Shown here in pieces: positions 41,278 to 51,933 of a stretch of 64,000 bases of DNA; within the stretch, counting starts at the first letter, position 1, and every line of letters starts with the position of its first letter. Location: assembly GCA_963666735.1 (NCBI GenBank), contig OY762926.1:1568001-1632000 (forward strand). Reading direction: 5' to 3'. The stretch comes from Gemmatimonadota bacterium (GTDB lineage: Bacteria > Gemmatimonadota > Gemmatimonadetes > Palauibacterales > Palauibacteraceae). The position numbers and the translations under genes are program-made. Below the pieces are notes generated by a model that was given only the letters and a program-made list of their open reading frames with translations, was not told the DNA's origin and made no database searches.

Positions 41278-41333
41278 TCGCCTGCCAGCACCAGTTTCCG
41301 CTTGTCGACAGCCTGTTTGGAGGAGCGGAGCGC

Positions 41334-41597
41334 ATGGGGAACACGATTACCGTCCGGGGCATCGATCCGGGTGACAAGGCCTGGCTTCGCCGGGAGGCCC
41401 GCGATACCGGCATTTCCATGGAGGAGTTCGTCCGCCGCCTGATTCGCGAGAGGCGGGAGAATTCCGCCGGCGAGACGAGACCTTCGGAAGTGTTCGAGAG
41501 GTACTTCGGGTCGGAATACGGGGTGGAGCTGCCCGAGCTTTCTCGCCACGGATACAGGCCGTTCGTGTTCGAGGACGAGTGCGAAGGTGAAGCGTGA
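41334..41597 (+). CDS. FitA-like ribbon-helix-helix antitoxin
   Basis: ITVRGIDPGDKAWLRREARDTGISMEEFVRRLI; GGAGGAG RBS. Confidence 0.85.
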   Translation: MGNTITVRGIDPGDKAWLRREARDTGISMEEFVRRLIRERRENSAGETRPSEVFERYFGSEYGVELPELSRHGYRPFVFEDECEGEA

Positions 41598-42043
41598 GGC
41601 GACCCCTCCGATGGCTCATCGACACGAACGTGATCTCGGAGATGATGCGTCCGGCTCCCGAGCCGCGAGTGGCCGGGTTTCTCGACGGGATCTGGGCCCA
41701 GGGAGTCGGTCTGGCCTCCATCACGGTATGGGAGATCCTCAACGGAATCGGACGCGTGGACGCCAGCCGGCGGCGGGAACAGCTGGCCGAGCGGTTCCAG
41801 GGCCTTCTGGACGACCTCTTCCGCGAGCGGATCCTCGACTGGACGCTCAGCGACGCCCGCGCCTGCGCCCGCATCGTGGAATCGAAGAGGCGGCGAGGCG
41901 AACCGCTCGACGACCACCTGCCGGACGCGATGCTGGCGGCCGCGGCCGCGCGTCACGGCCTCACTCTGGTCACGCGGAACGAGCGGGACTTCCGGAACAC
42001 GGGCATCGAAATGGTCAACCCGTGGGCGGACGCGTCGGGCTAA
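41594..42043 (+). CDS. vapC: VapC/FitB PIN-domain toxin
   Basis: LIDTNVISE, ITVWEI, DAMLAAAA..HGLTLVTRNERDF...G..MVNPW; GTGA overlap. Confidence 0.93.
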   Translation: MRRPLRWLIDTNVISEMMRPAPEPRVAGFLDGIWAQGVGLASITVWEILNGIGRVDASRRREQLAERFQGLLDDLFRERILDWTLSDARACARIVESKRRRGEPLDDHLPDAMLAAAAARHGLTLVTRNERDFRNTGIEMVNPWADASG

Positions 42044-42083
42044 TCCACCGGTTGCATCGCCGCGTAACCGACCGCTACAGCCC

Positions 42084-44042
42084 TTACGCGCGGAGTTCCG
42101 GGCGATCGCGGTAGTCCTCGAGCGCCTCCGGGTTCGCGAGCGCTTCGACGTTCTTCACCGACTCTCCCAGTACCACGGCCCGCACGGCGAGTTCCGAGAT
42201 CTTGGCGCTCTTCGTGCGCGGGATATCCGCCACCTCCAGGATCCGCGCCGGCACGTGCCGCGGCGAAGCATTCTCCCGGATCTCCCTCCGGATCCTCGTC
42301 TCCAGTTCCTCGTCCAGACTCCGGCCCTCGGCGAGCCGCACGAAGAGGACGACGCGCGTGTCGTTCTCCCACGGCTGCCCGATCACGATCGACTCCAGGA
42401 CCTCCGGCATCCGGTCCACCAGGCGGTAGATCTCCGCCGTCCCGATCCGCACCCCGCCGGCGTTCAACGTCGCATCGGAGCGACCGTAGATCACCACGCC
42501 GCCGTGCTCCGTCCACTCCATCCAGTCGCCGTGCCGCCACACGTTGGGGTACATGTCGAAGTACGCCGCGTGGAAGCGGCTCCCGTCCTCGTCCCCCCAG
42601 AACCCCGCCGGGACCGATGGGAAGGGCGACTTGCAGACGAGTTCCCCCTTCCCCGCCGGCATCGACCGTCCCTCTTCATCCCACACATCCACGTCCATGC
42701 CCAGCGACGGCACCTGGATCTCTCCCCTCCACACCGGAAGCAGCGGATGCCCCACGACGAACCCCGCGCACAGGTCCGTTCCGCCCGAGATCGAGGCGAG
42801 GTGGACGTCCGGCTTCACGTCCCGGTACACGTAGTCGAACCCTTCCGGCGCGAGCGGCGACCCCGTGGAGAGCATCGTCCGCACGGAAGAGAGGTCGTGC
42901 GACTCCCGCGGGCGGAAGTCCGCCTTCCCGAGCGCGTCGATGAACTTCGCCGACACGCCGAGCTGCGTCATCCGCACCTCGTCCGCGTAGTCGAACAGAA
43001 CGCGCGGCCCGGGATGGAAGGGCGAGCCGTCGTACAGCACCACGGTCGCCTCGCTGGCCAGCGCCGAGGAGAGCCAGTTCCACATCATCCACCCGCAGGT
43101 GGTGTAGTAGAAGGCTCGGTCCCCCGCCCGGATGTCGGCGTGGAGCTGGTGCTCCTTCAGATGCGTGAGCAGAACCCCGCCCGTGCCATGGACGATGCAC
43201 TTCGGGATCCCGGTCGTGCCCGAGGAGAAGAGAATGTAGAGGGGATGGTCGAACGGGAGCCGCCGGAACTCGATCTCGCCCGGGCTCCAGGGGCCGATGA
43301 CGTCGTCGAACAGCACCGCGTGCGGGATCGCCGAGATATCCGGCTCCGGATCGGTGTGGGGGACGATGATGACGCGTTCCACCGAGGGGAGACGCCGGAC
43401 GATCTCGGGCAGCCGCTCAAGACTCGAGTAGCGCTTCCCCTGCCAGAAGTAGCCGTCGGCCGCGAGGAGGACGCGCGGTTCGATCTGCCCGAAGCGGTCG
43501 AGGACGCCCTGTACGCCGAAGTCGGGCGAGGCGGTCGAGATCGTGGCCCCGAGGCTCGCCGAGGCGAGCATGTAGACGATCGCCTCCGGCATGTTGGGCA
43601 CGTAGCCCGCCACCCGGTCGCCGGGGTCGAGTCCCAGCGCGTCCAGCGCCTGTGCGAGGCGGGAGGTCGTGTCGTATAGCTGGGCCCATGTGAAGTCGCG
43701 CCGCATGCGGTCCTCGGCCCGGAACATCAGTGCGGGGGTGTCGTCGCGGCGCCGAAGCAGGTTCTCCGCGTAGTTCAGCCGGGCTTCGGGGTACCAGCGC
43801 GCCCCCGGCAGGCGGTCGAAGTCGACGACGACGCGCTCCCCGCGCTCTCCGATGACCCCGCAGAAGTCCCACACCGTGTTCCAGAACGCCTCCGGCTCGC
43901 GGACCGACCAGCGCCACAGCGCCTCCGGGGAGTCGACCGCCGCCCCGCAGCGCTCGTTCGCGAAGCGCGTGAACCGCGCCATGTTGGTCGTCGCGGCGAA
44001 GTCGGGGTCCGGCGTCCAGAGCGGACCCTCCGCGCCCGTCAT
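42084..44042 (-). CDS. Acetoacetate-CoA ligase
   Basis: [71 protein letters not shown]. Confidence 0.95.
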   Translation of the reverse strand: MTGAEGPLWTPDPDFAATTNMARFTRFANERCGAAVDSPEALWRWSVREPEAFWNTVWDFCGVIGERGERVVVDFDRLPGARWYPEARLNYAENLLRRRDDTPALMFRAEDRMRRDFTWAQLYDTTSRLAQALDALGLDPGDRVAGYVPNMPEAIVYMLASASLGATISTASPDFGVQGVLDRFGQIEPRVLLAADGYFWQGKRYSSLERLPEIVRRLPSVERVIIVPHTDPEPDISAIPHAVLFDDVIGPWSPGEIEFRRLPFDHPLYILFSSGTTGIPKCIVHGTGGVLLTHLKEHQLHADIRAGDRAFYYTTCGWMMWNWLSSALASEATVVLYDGSPFHPGPRVLFDYADEVRMTQLGVSAKFIDALGKADFRPRESHDLSSVRTMLSTGSPLAPEGFDYVYRDVKPDVHLASISGGTDLCAGFVVGHPLLPVWRGEIQVPSLGMDVDVWDEEGRSMPAGKGELVCKSPFPSVPAGFWGDEDGSRFHAAYFDMYPNVWRHGDWMEWTEHGGVVIYGRSDATLNAGGVRIGTAEIYRLVDRMPEVLESIVIGQPWENDTRVVLFVRLAEGRSLDEELETRIRREIRENASPRHVPARILEVADIPRTKSAKISELAVRAVVLGESVKNVEALANPEALEDYRDRPELRA

Positions 44043-44073
44043 GCCCGGCTGTCCTTTCCGGCCCGCGATGCCG

Positions 44074-45474
44074 TCATGCGCGTTCCTCCGACGCCCAGAA
44101 GTACCGGAAGGCGGGCGGCATGAACTGCGCCAGAAGCCAGACGAAGAAGACGAGTGACAGGGTACCGAAGACCGCGAACCCGATCCCGCTCCAGGCGGAC
44201 ACCCAGTCCGGCGGCACGTAGGTCTCGCCGGGCGCGTGCACGGCGCGCGTCACGCCGACCGCCGTCCCCACTACGTGCAGCCAGATCACGAGGGCCGCCA
44301 CCGAGAAGTTCAGCCCGATGAGCACCCACCGCATCGCCCAGGTGTGGAGCGTGTCCCAGGCGTCCTCTCCCTCGCGGGTCTGGAGGTGCTCGCTCAGGAT
44401 CCAGATCATCGCCCCCAGCAGGATCATCGTGTCGATGCCGATCATCGCCCCCATCGCGTGTCCCGTGACGACGTACGTCCCGTGGATGATGGCGTTCAAC
44501 GGCGGGATGGAGATGAGAATCGCGCTGAACAGGATGGCGCAGGTCCACCACTTCGCCGCCGCGAACGAGCCGCGGGCCGCGCAGAAGGCGGGGTCGCTCG
44601 GCGTCTTGAGCGCCCGCCACAGGTCGAACATCGCCCGCGCGAGGACGATGATCTCCATCATGCTCACGACGAAGGCGATCCACTTCACCGACTCCCGCCC
44701 CGGCAGGTGATAGGTGTGGTGCGCGAAGTTCGTGAACGAGTTGAGCAGCCCCACGCCGAACAGCATGTACGCAGTCGTCGACCGCCCGTAGGAGGGATCT
44801 CCCGAAATCCTCTCCCCGAGATAGATCACGGAGCCGTACACGAAGAGGTTGAAGCTGCCGACGAGCGTGCCCGTCGCCTTCCACTGGATCCGCATGTCCT
44901 GCACCGGGTCCCCGAAGATCCCCGGGATGAGCCACATGTGCTGTTCCACGAAGGTGACGATGAAGAAGAGCATCCCCACGCCCCACATCGTCACGTACAC
45001 CGGCCGCTCCCAGAACCGCTTCCCCGCCAGACGGAAGAAGTTCCACGCGTAGCAGATCCAGCCGACGAGGATGAAGAGGGAGAAGACGGGGTGGAAGCCG
45101 GCGTATTCGCGCCCCGTACCCAGGCCGAGGGCGAGCGTGACGAGGATCCCGAGGCCGGCGAGCGCCCAGGTCAGGACCTGGACCCGGAGGCGCCGTCGGT
45201 CCCCCATTGTCGGCGGGCCCTCGTCCTGCAGGAAGCGGTACACGACCGCCACGCCGCCCAGGAAGACCCAGGCGGAGGCGAACACGGTGTGGATCGGGCG
45301 CAACTGGCGCAGGTCGAGGCCCACCTGCTGGAACCACGGGGCGAGCGACGGCACCGAGTAGAACGCGGCCAGGATACCGCCCAGCAGCGTGATCGCGATC
45401 GCGATCAGTCCGCCGCGGATGAAGGTGAGGACGGCGAACTGGCGCGCGGGGTGACCGGCCTCGAAGGGCTTCAC
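44074..45474 (-). CDS. Heme-copper oxidoreductase subunit I, divergent NorB-like
   Basis: About 12 TM segments; LRPIHT, GREY, FAHHTYH, SMMEII, LN...[14 protein letters not shown] start overlaps the cytochrome c stop. Confidence 0.8.
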   Translation of the reverse strand: MKPFEAGHPARQFAVLTFIRGGLIAIAITLLGGILAAFYSVPSLAPWFQQVGLDLRQLRPIHTVFASAWVFLGGVAVVYRFLQDEGPPTMGDRRRLRVQVLTWALAGLGILVTLALGLGTGREYAGFHPVFSLFILVGWICYAWNFFRLAGKRFWERPVYVTMWGVGMLFFIVTFVEQHMWLIPGIFGDPVQDMRIQWKATGTLVGSFNLFVYGSVIYLGERISGDPSYGRSTTAYMLFGVGLLNSFTNFAHHTYHLPGRESVKWIAFVVSMMEIIVLARAMFDLWRALKTPSDPAFCAARGSFAAAKWWTCAILFSAILISIPPLNAIIHGTYVVTGHAMGAMIGIDTMILLGAMIWILSEHLQTREGEDAWDTLHTWAMRWVLIGLNFSVAALVIWLHVVGTAVGVTRAVHAPGETYVPPDWVSAWSGIGFAVFGTLSLVFFVWLLAQFMPPAFRYFWASEERA

Positions 45475-46286
45475 GGGAACTCCCACCACGGCAGCGCGCG
45501 CCAGTCGAGGCTGCGGTCCGCCGCCAGCGCCTCGGTGGCCGCTTTCAGTTGCTCCCGGTTCGCGGCCAGGAACTCGAGGAACGCCATGAGCGCATCGCGG
45601 TCGGCCGCGTCGAGCGGCGGGACCGGGGGCGGCATGCCCATCGGGGGGCGGCCCTCGGCGAGGACGCGGTCGAGCGAGTCGGGAGCGAGCGCTCCGGCGA
45701 CGAGCGAAAGGTCCGGGGCCCCCACCGGCGAGTCGCGGAACGGGAAGTGACACGCGCTGCACGGCCGGGTGCGGTAGGCCGCGAACCCGGCGGCCGCTTC
45801 GGCGAGATCCTGCTCCGGTCCGTCGGCTGAGGCCGCACCACCGGGCATCCCGGCTCCGAGCACCGCCTCGACCGCCCGCTCGAACGCCGCCTGCGCCCCG
45901 GCGCCCTCCCCCGGCATCCCCATCCTCAGTTCGCCGCGGCCGATCTCCGGCCGGTCCATCTCCCGCAGGAAGGCGGCCATCGCCGCCGTCTCCCCGTCGC
46001 TGAAGCCGAGCGGCGGCATCTGTCCGCTTCCCACCGTCAACAACGAAACGAGCCGGGTCGAATCAACCCGGCTCGCGGCGTTCGTCAGATCCGGTCCGAG
46101 AAAACCTCCCTGACCGTAGAACTGGTGACAGGTTTGACAGGCATGCGCCTGCCAGAGGGCGCGTCCCTCGCGCGCCGCCTGCGACAGCGGCTCGCTGCGC
46201 GCGTCCGTATACACCAGCCCCGTCTGGACTCCGAAGGAAAGCACCAGCACGGCCAGCAGCAGCTTTTTCCGGGCCGGTGTGAACAT
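45471..46286 (-). CDS. Membrane-anchored diheme cytochrome c, NorC-like
   Basis: N-terminal TM; GRALWQAHACQTCHQFYGQGGFLGPDLT...QMP and second CSACH...APDL...GMP. Confidence 0.88.
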   Translation of the reverse strand: MFTPARKKLLLAVLVLSFGVQTGLVYTDARSEPLSQAAREGRALWQAHACQTCHQFYGQGGFLGPDLTNAASRVDSTRLVSLLTVGSGQMPPLGFSDGETAAMAAFLREMDRPEIGRGELRMGMPGEGAGAQAAFERAVEAVLGAGMPGGAASADGPEQDLAEAAAGFAAYRTRPCSACHFPFRDSPVGAPDLSLVAGALAPDSLDRVLAEGRPPMGMPPPVPPLDAADRDALMAFLEFLAANREQLKAATEALAADRSLDWRALPWWEFP

Positions 46287-46379
46287 GGAGAGCACATGAG
46301 GGGTTGAAGTCGCGTGATCCCGAACCCCGGCATGATCTTCGTGAAGGGCTAGGCCGTCAAGCCGCCGGGGTTGATACCC

Positions 46380-47893
46380 TGTCGTACCAAAGTAGAAATG
46401 TCCCCCCTTAGCCAAGTAGAAATGTCCTCTTACGGTCCATGTTCGGTCAACGGCGGAACGGGATCCGGGAGAGGAGCGGATGGACTTGAGTCTGAGGGAG
46501 CGGGATCGCATCTCGGTGCTGAGACAGGTGAGCGAGGGAGTGCTGACGGTCGCTGCGGGAGCGGAGCGGATCGGCGTGACTCGGCGGCATTTTCGCCGGT
46601 TGCGCCGGAAGTTCGAGGCCGAAGGCGACGCGGCGGCGGTTCACGGACTGCGGGGGCGGCGGTCGAACCGGGCGTTGCGCGCGGAAGATCGGGAGCGGGC
46701 GCTGGAGGTCGCGAGGGACCCGCTGTACCGGGACTTCGGGCCGACGCTGCTTGCGGAACACCTGGAAAGACGCTTCGGGCTGCGTCTGAGCGCGGAGACG
46801 CTGCGGTGCTGGATGCTCGAGGCCGGGCTGTGGGAGCGTCGCCGCAAGCGCGCGAAGCACCGCCGCCGGCGTCCGAGGCGGGCGGCGCTGGGCGAGCTGG
46901 GGCAGTGGGACAGCTCGGTGCACCCGTGGCTGGAGGAGCGGGCGGCGGGAGGACAGGTGCTGATCTCGATCCACGACGACGCGACGAGCCGACTGATGAT
47001 GGCCCGCTTCGCGGCGCGCGACGACGGGGCGGAGAACCGGCGGGCGATCATCGGCTACCTTCGCCGCCACGGCCGCCCGGTGGCCGTGTACACCGACCAC
47101 GCCGGTCACTTCGGGCAGTGGCTGTCGAAGAAGGAGGAGCGCACGGACACGATCATCGCCCGGGGACTGGGCGAGTTGGGGGTCGAGGTGATCCTCGCGG
47201 GTTCCCCGCAGGCCAAGGGCAGGGTCGAGCGGAGCTTCGGCACCGCGCAGGACCGGCTGGTCAGGGAGATGCGGGTGGAGGGGGTCGCCACGCTCGAGGC
47301 GGCCAACCGCTTCCTCCAGCACTACTGGGTTCCGTTCTGGAACGAACGCTTCGCCGTGGAGCCCGCCGATCCCCGCGACGCGCACCGCCCGCTCCCGGAC
47401 GGCGTGGACCTCGAGGCGCTCTTCGCCGAGACGGAGAGGCGCGTCGTGGCCCGCGACTTCACGATCCGCTTCCGGAACCGCCACTTGCAGATCCCGGAGA
47501 GCGAGGCCGACGGCATCGCCCCCGGCGACGAGATCGTCGTCGAGCGCCGCCTCGGCGGCGAGGTCCGCTTCCGCTTCGGCGAGCGCTACCTGGAGCTCGA
47601 ACCCGTATGCCGAGCCCCCGCCGCCTCCCCCGGCGACGCGCCCGTCAAGCCGGCGAAGCCGAGGCCCGCGCCCCCGAAGCCGGCTCCGGACCACCCATGG
47701 CGCAAGCACTTCCAAGCCAGTGCCCAGCAGGCCATCGCGCGTCGCGACCTCCGCCGCGAGCGAGAAGCGATATCCAACGAGAAGGAACCGCCCCGCTCCC
47801 CCGAACCGGCCCGGGAACAGGGCAGAACCGAACCGCCGGGGGAGGACATTTCTACTTTGGGCTAACCCCGGACATTTCTACTTTGGTTTGACA
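46380..47893 (+). mobile_element. IS1202-family (ISNCY) insertion sequence with 17-bp target duplication
   Basis: TGT...ACA ends; two AAGTAGAAATGTCC sites at each end in inverted orientation; CGCCGGGGTTGATACCC at 46363-46379 and 47894-47910. Confidence 0.93.
46480..47865 (+). CDS. IS1202/ISNCY family DDE transposase
   Basis: HGLRGRRSN, YRDFGPTLLAEHL, GELGQWDSSVHPWLE, IHDDATS, YTDHAG, SPQAKGRVER.F.TAQDRL. Confidence 0.93.
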   Translation: MDLSLRERDRISVLRQVSEGVLTVAAGAERIGVTRRHFRRLRRKFEAEGDAAAVHGLRGRRSNRALRAEDRERALEVARDPLYRDFGPTLLAEHLERRFGLRLSAETLRCWMLEAGLWERRRKRAKHRRRRPRRAALGELGQWDSSVHPWLEERAAGGQVLISIHDDATSRLMMARFAARDDGAENRRAIIGYLRRHGRPVAVYTDHAGHFGQWLSKKEERTDTIIARGLGELGVEVILAGSPQAKGRVERSFGTAQDRLVREMRVEGVATLEAANRFLQHYWVPFWNERFAVEPADPRDAHRPLPDGVDLEALFAETERRVVARDFTIRFRNRHLQIPESEADGIAPGDEIVVERRLGGEVRFRFGERYLELEPVCRAPAASPGDAPVKPAKPRPAPPKPAPDHPWRKHFQASAQQAIARRDLRREREAISNEKEPPRSPEPAREQGRTEPPGEDISTLG

Positions 47894-47980
47894 CGCCGGG
47901 GTTGATACCCCGTTGAAACCAGCGGCCAGGTTCAAGGTGCAACGCCGAACTACGCTCGCGCGAACTCAGTGAACCGAGTA

Positions 47981-48008
47981 CCTTACTAGTATATAATAAT
48001 ATGTAAGG
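47981..48008 (+). promoter_or_regulatory. Promoter -10 box within an inverted-repeat operator of the AbrB/PIN operon
   Basis: CCTTAC (47981-86) and GTAAGG (48003-08) flank an AT-rich core containing TATAAT (47992-97). Confidence 0.65.
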
Positions 48009-48028
48009 CGACATTGGAAGAGGGAGCC

Positions 48029-48271
48029 ATGCTGGTCAGAATCACTGCAAAGCGCCAAGTCACGTTCCCGGCCCGGGTCCTGGAGGCGCTGGGGGTAGAG
48101 CCTGGCGACCGCCTCGAGCTGGAGGAGGGCGACGACGGCTTCATCGTGCGTCCGCACCGGATCGACCCCTCACGCCTGGCGCCGCTTCGCGGCAAGCTGC
48201 GTCCGGGGGTCGAGGCATTCGATATCCATGCTTTCCGGGCCCAGCCCCGTGATCCGGCGCTACGGGATTGA
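48029..48271 (+). CDS. AbrB/MazE/SpoVT-family antitoxin
   Basis: VRITAKRQVTFPARVLEALGVEPGDRLEL. Confidence 0.88.
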   Translation: MLVRITAKRQVTFPARVLEALGVEPGDRLELEEGDDGFIVRPHRIDPSRLAPLRGKLRPGVEAFDIHAFRAQPRDPALRD

Positions 48272-48647
48272 CACCTCGATCCTGGTGCGTCTGCTCACGG
48301 GCCTGCCCGAGGCGGACTACGCCGGGTGCGTCGAGCGGCTGTCCGCGCTCGTGACCGGCGAAGGCGCCGCCATCGCTGCCTCCAACCAGGTGATCGGCGA
48401 GGCGTACATCGCCGTGCAACACCACTACGGCGTGAGCAGGGCCGACGCCCGCGCGGGACTGCTTGATGTGTTCCGAAGCGGCCTCGTCGCACCCCTGAAC
48501 GGCCGCCCGGTGCTGAAGGCAATCCGGGCGTCCGGTGGACCGGGACTGCTTGATCGTCTAATCGCGGACGACTACGGGCGCGCTGGCCTGGACACCCTCA
48601 CTCTCGACAAGGCGATGGCTACGCTCCCCCACGCCCGGATTCTCTGA
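48249..48647 (+). CDS. PIN-domain toxin
   Basis: IDTSILVRLL, VIGEAY, LLDRLIA, TLDK acidic tetrad; overlaps the antitoxin. Confidence 0.85.
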   Translation: MIRRYGIDTSILVRLLTGLPEADYAGCVERLSALVTGEGAAIAASNQVIGEAYIAVQHHYGVSRADARAGLLDVFRSGLVAPLNGRPVLKAIRASGGPGLLDRLIADDYGRAGLDTLTLDKAMATLPHARIL

Positions 48648-48660
48648 AGGATGCGGTCAG

Positions 48661-48678
48661 ACGTTCCCGCGGGAACGT
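48661..48678. repeat. Perfect palindrome ACGTTCCCGCGGGAACGT (parS-like), copy 1
   Basis: Read directly; the same core recurs at 51934 and 51984. Confidence 0.75.
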
Positions 48679-48709
48679 TTTCGGTTCACGCTCGCTGTCG
48701 CACCGGGAT

Positions 48710-50044
48710 TCACCTCACCTCGGCCGACAGTCTTCGCACTACCACGCTCGCCACTTCGAACTCGTCGAACTCGATGAAGCCGGCCAGTCCATTCGGGCCG
48801 AAGGCGTCGGGCATCTTCGTCGCACCGGTCCGATAGGTGCCGACGTACTCGCCATCCGCCGTCAACACGTCGATGGGGCCGTCTTCCAGTGGCTCGCCGC
48901 CTCGGCGCATGACCCAGATCCGTCCCTCCCAAGTGGCGGAAAGCGCCTGAATCACCGGGATTTCGGGGTAGAAGCGGGGCTCGCCGAGCGAGAAGGAATA
49001 GGAACCCCCGCCCGTCGCGGCGCTCCCGCGCAGCGTCTCCTCTCTCTTTCGGTTGAATTCCGCTTCGATCCCCGGGGAAACGCGTTCGGGGCGGAACGGC
49101 CGTGTGATCGTGCGAAGCAGCGCGCCGCCGTCCCCGGCGGTGACCTTGAGCGCATATGTCGAAGAGTCGGAGTACACAATGTCGCCGGCCGGGAGCACAC
49201 CCATGAGCATCTCCGGTTCGAAAACGAGGGGGCGGGGCTGGCCGCGCAGGACGTCCTCCATACTCGTCGACTGACCGTCCGGACTCGCAATTCTCGGGAG
49301 GTTCGCCGCGAGGTCATCCTCTCTCGGCTCACGCTCGGGCCGCCAAGCCCGCACCAGCGTTTCGGCCCGGACCTCCTCGCCCCCGATGTCGTGTCGGTCG
49401 ATGGGGCGGTAGCCGGATGGCCACGCCAGACCGCCCAGGCTCGATAGGAGCCACGTCCGCCCTTCCATCGAATAGACCGCCCCGCCGCGCGGGTCTACGC
49501 GTATTTCCGGGAGGACGGCCAGACCAACGCTCGCGGCGGCGCCTCCACTCTCGCTGCCTCGCGGCGTCCCCAGCCCGCCGCGCACCATGCGCAGGAACTG
49601 ACCCGAAGCGTCGAAGAGGTGGTAGGCCCGGTGCCCCAGGTCGGCCACGACCGTGGTCCCGTCGCGCAACACGGCGTAGGTTGCGGGGCTTCTGAATTCG
49701 CCCGGTCCCTCACCTGCGGAGCCGAAGTGCCACCGGAACTCGCCCGTGGAGTCAAAGACCACGATGCGCAGATCCGCCCTCGACCCTCCGGAATCGAACA
49801 CATAGAGGTTGCCTTCGGCATCAAAGGCCACCCTGGGGATGTTCGCGAACATCTCCCATTCCTCGCCGACGGGCACTCCGACGCGGAAGACATGTGCGAA
49901 GTCGGGTTCCATCCACCGGTCCCGGCCGGACAGTTCGACCACCTCCTGAGCGGCTGCCACCGTAGCTGCTGCCAGGGCGAGCGTCACGAGGCCGAGAGCG
50001 ACCGCCGTGGACGTGAGCGGGGTTCGGCTGGCACGCTCGCTCAC
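48710..50044 (-). CDS. Secreted six-bladed beta-propeller (NHL/TolB-like) protein
   Basis: Signal peptide; [40 protein letters not shown]. Confidence 0.8.
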   Translation of the reverse strand: MSERASRTPLTSTAVALGLVTLALAAATVAAAQEVVELSGRDRWMEPDFAHVFRVGVPVGEEWEMFANIPRVAFDAEGNLYVFDSGGSRADLRIVVFDSTGEFRWHFGSAGEGPGEFRSPATYAVLRDGTTVVADLGHRAYHLFDASGQFLRMVRGGLGTPRGSESGGAAASVGLAVLPEIRVDPRGGAVYSMEGRTWLLSSLGGLAWPSGYRPIDRHDIGGEEVRAETLVRAWRPEREPREDDLAANLPRIASPDGQSTSMEDVLRGQPRPLVFEPEMLMGVLPAGDIVYSDSSTYALKVTAGDGGALLRTITRPFRPERVSPGIEAEFNRKREETLRGSAATGGGSYSFSLGEPRFYPEIPVIQALSATWEGRIWVMRRGGEPLEDGPIDVLTADGEYVGTYRTGATKMPDAFGPNGLAGFIEFDEFEVASVVVRRLSAEVR

Positions 50045-51477
50045 CCGCCGAGCGGCTCCGGCCCGAAAGTCGTGATGTAGTAGGGACCCACGGATATCTC
50101 GGGAATCCTGTCCGGGAACCTCCAGCCGCGACCCTCGGTGCGCTGGATGATCAGAACCCCGGTGTCAGAAAACCCCTCGGCCCGTTCGGCGGCCACAGCC
50201 CGAAAGCTGTCGTTCTCCGATAGCGGCCCTTCCACTTCATCGTCGTAGTCGACCACCACCACCAGACGAGAGCGGGGCTTGTCCTCGCCGCCTGCGCTCG
50301 GACTCGTCTCGTTGGTCCAACTGATCTCTTCAGCCCGGACTACAAGGGCCGAGGACGGGCTCCACCCAAGTCGGCCCGCATCGGCATCATGGACAAGCCC
50401 CCGTCCGGACCCTCTATCGTCGGGCGTAGACGCATCACCAAAAGACTCGTCCATGGGAGGAGCTTCGAGCGCGGCCGGCGCAGCCTGCTGGCTGCAGTAG
50501 ACGAGACCGAGAGTCAGCAGGACGACGAGGCCGCAACGCAGACCCGGACGAAGCAGCGGGGGTAGCGTCGTCACGGGCTGACGTGTGACGATCATGCGAA
50601 GTCTTCCCTCGAGCAGGCGCGTCCGGTGGCCGGAGTCGGCGGCGCTCGCGAACGCGGACATGGGAGGCGTCCGCTCCGTGCGGATGAGGTCGATTGCCCG
50701 GACGAGGGCCCGGGCGTAGGCGCGTGGCGTGCAGCCGAGGGCGTCCACGACCAGCGCATCACAGCAGACTTCCCCGGCCGCCCGCAACCGCCGTCTCGCC
50801 CACCACGCGATGGGGTTCCACCAGAAGACGGTGCACGCCATCCACTCCAGCCACCGGATGAGGTGGTCCCGCCGGCGGACGTGAGCCAGTTCGTGCGCCA
50901 GAATCCACCGCAACTGGGACCGCTCCATGCCTTCGAGAAGGACGGAGGGGATGAGGACCCGGGCAGTCCCGCCGCCCCAGTAGACCATGGGCGATACGAC
51001 GGCATCCGTCGTTTCGATCGTCGGCACCGTCTTCAGTCCGAGCGTGTGTCCGATCTCACGCGCCATCCGATGCAGGGCGGGGCAGGCGCCACGCGACGCC
51101 CGTCTCAGCGAGTTGCGGAACCCCCGCGCCCGCGCGACGGTCCAGCCGACCATGGCGACCGCGCCCAGGATCCACGCGAGGACGAGCCCGAACCCTCCGT
51201 ACCGCGCGAACGCGCTCTCTCCCGCTGCATCGATGGGGCCAACCCCGTGGACGGCGCGAAACGCCACCGCTTCGGCGGGACTTGGAGCCGGAGCGGCCGG
51301 GGTCAGCACCGGCATGGCGACCAGCGGCGGGATGAGCAGGACGGCGAGTAGCGTAAGACAGAGCGCGTGGCTCAGTTGCGGCCGCTCGTTGCCGCGCGCG
51401 GTCAGCCACACTGCGCCTCCCAGAACGACCGAAATCGCGAGCTTGCTGCCGGCGATCTGCAGGGCGAGGTCCGTCAC
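50041..51477 (-). CDS. BlaR1-like M56 family metallopeptidase
   Basis: [20 protein letters not shown].....LR...EVCCDA, YARAL; GTGA overlap with blaI. Confidence 0.9.
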   Translation of the reverse strand: MTDLALQIAGSKLAISVVLGGAVWLTARGNERPQLSHALCLTLLAVLLIPPLVAMPVLTPAAPAPSPAEAVAFRAVHGVGPIDAAGESAFARYGGFGLVLAWILGAVAMVGWTVARARGFRNSLRRASRGACPALHRMAREIGHTLGLKTVPTIETTDAVVSPMVYWGGGTARVLIPSVLLEGMERSQLRWILAHELAHVRRRDHLIRWLEWMACTVFWWNPIAWWARRRLRAAGEVCCDALVVDALGCTPRAYARALVRAIDLIRTERTPPMSAFASAADSGHRTRLLEGRLRMIVTRQPVTTLPPLLRPGLRCGLVVLLTLGLVYCSQQAAPAALEAPPMDESFGDASTPDDRGSGRGLVHDADAGRLGWSPSSALVVRAEEISWTNETSPSAGGEDKPRSRLVVVVDYDDEVEGPLSENDSFRAVAAERAEGFSDTGVLIIQRTEGRGWRFPDRIPEISVGPYYITTFGPEPLGG

Positions 51478-51842
51478 TTCTCCTCCAGCAGCCGTCGGAG
51501 GTGTTCCATATCGGCGTCGGAGAGTTTCCGCTCCTCGACCAGGTGTGTGATCATCGGGACGAACGAGCCGCCGGTGACCTGATCCGCCAGCGCCTCGAGG
51601 CGGCCGGCCGCATAGACCGCGCGGCTGATCCGCGGCGTGAAGAGGTGCGCCGCCCGGTCGCGGTCCCGGTCGATGAACCCCTTGTCCTCCAGTCGTTGCA
51701 GCAGCCGCTGGATCGTGCCGTGCATCGGTCTCGGGGCATCGGGATAGAGGTGCTCGCGTAGGTCGCGGGCCGTCAAGCGGCCGTCCTCCCAGAGCCGCTC
51801 CATGACCGCGAGTTCCGCGTTCGCCAGTTTCGGTACCGTCAT
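51474..51842 (-). CDS. BlaI/MecI/CopY family repressor
   Basis: LANAELAVMERLW...TIQRLLQRLEDKGFI...GGS...MITHLV....LS. Confidence 0.92.
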   Translation of the reverse strand: MTVPKLANAELAVMERLWEDGRLTARDLREHLYPDAPRPMHGTIQRLLQRLEDKGFIDRDRDRAAHLFTPRISRAVYAAGRLEALADQVTGGSFVPMITHLVEERKLSDADMEHLRRLLEEK

Positions 51843-51870
51843 TCTCTCGCTGTCTCCGCTGCGGACTATA

Positions 51871-51905
51871 ACGACACGATGTCGTAATATGCGGCACGAT
51901 GTCGT
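51871..51905. promoter_or_regulatory. Tandem BlaI-type operators
   Basis: ACGACA-cga-TGTCGT (51871-85) and GCGGCA-cga-TGTCGT (51891-905), 20-bp period, directly upstream of blaI. Confidence 0.7.
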
Positions 51906-51933
51906 ACACGTCAAATGGTTGGGCGCTCCAACG

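Noticed and set aside
46290..46362. FNR/DNR box upstream of the Nor-like operon
   Set aside because: The best match (ATGATcttcGTGAA) deviates at three positions from TTGAT-N4-ATCAA; not supportable.
46388..46427. Repeated AAGTAGAAATGTCC as a mini-array or regulator sites
   Set aside because: Explained as transposase-binding sites in the IS1202-family ends, mirrored at 47844-47886.
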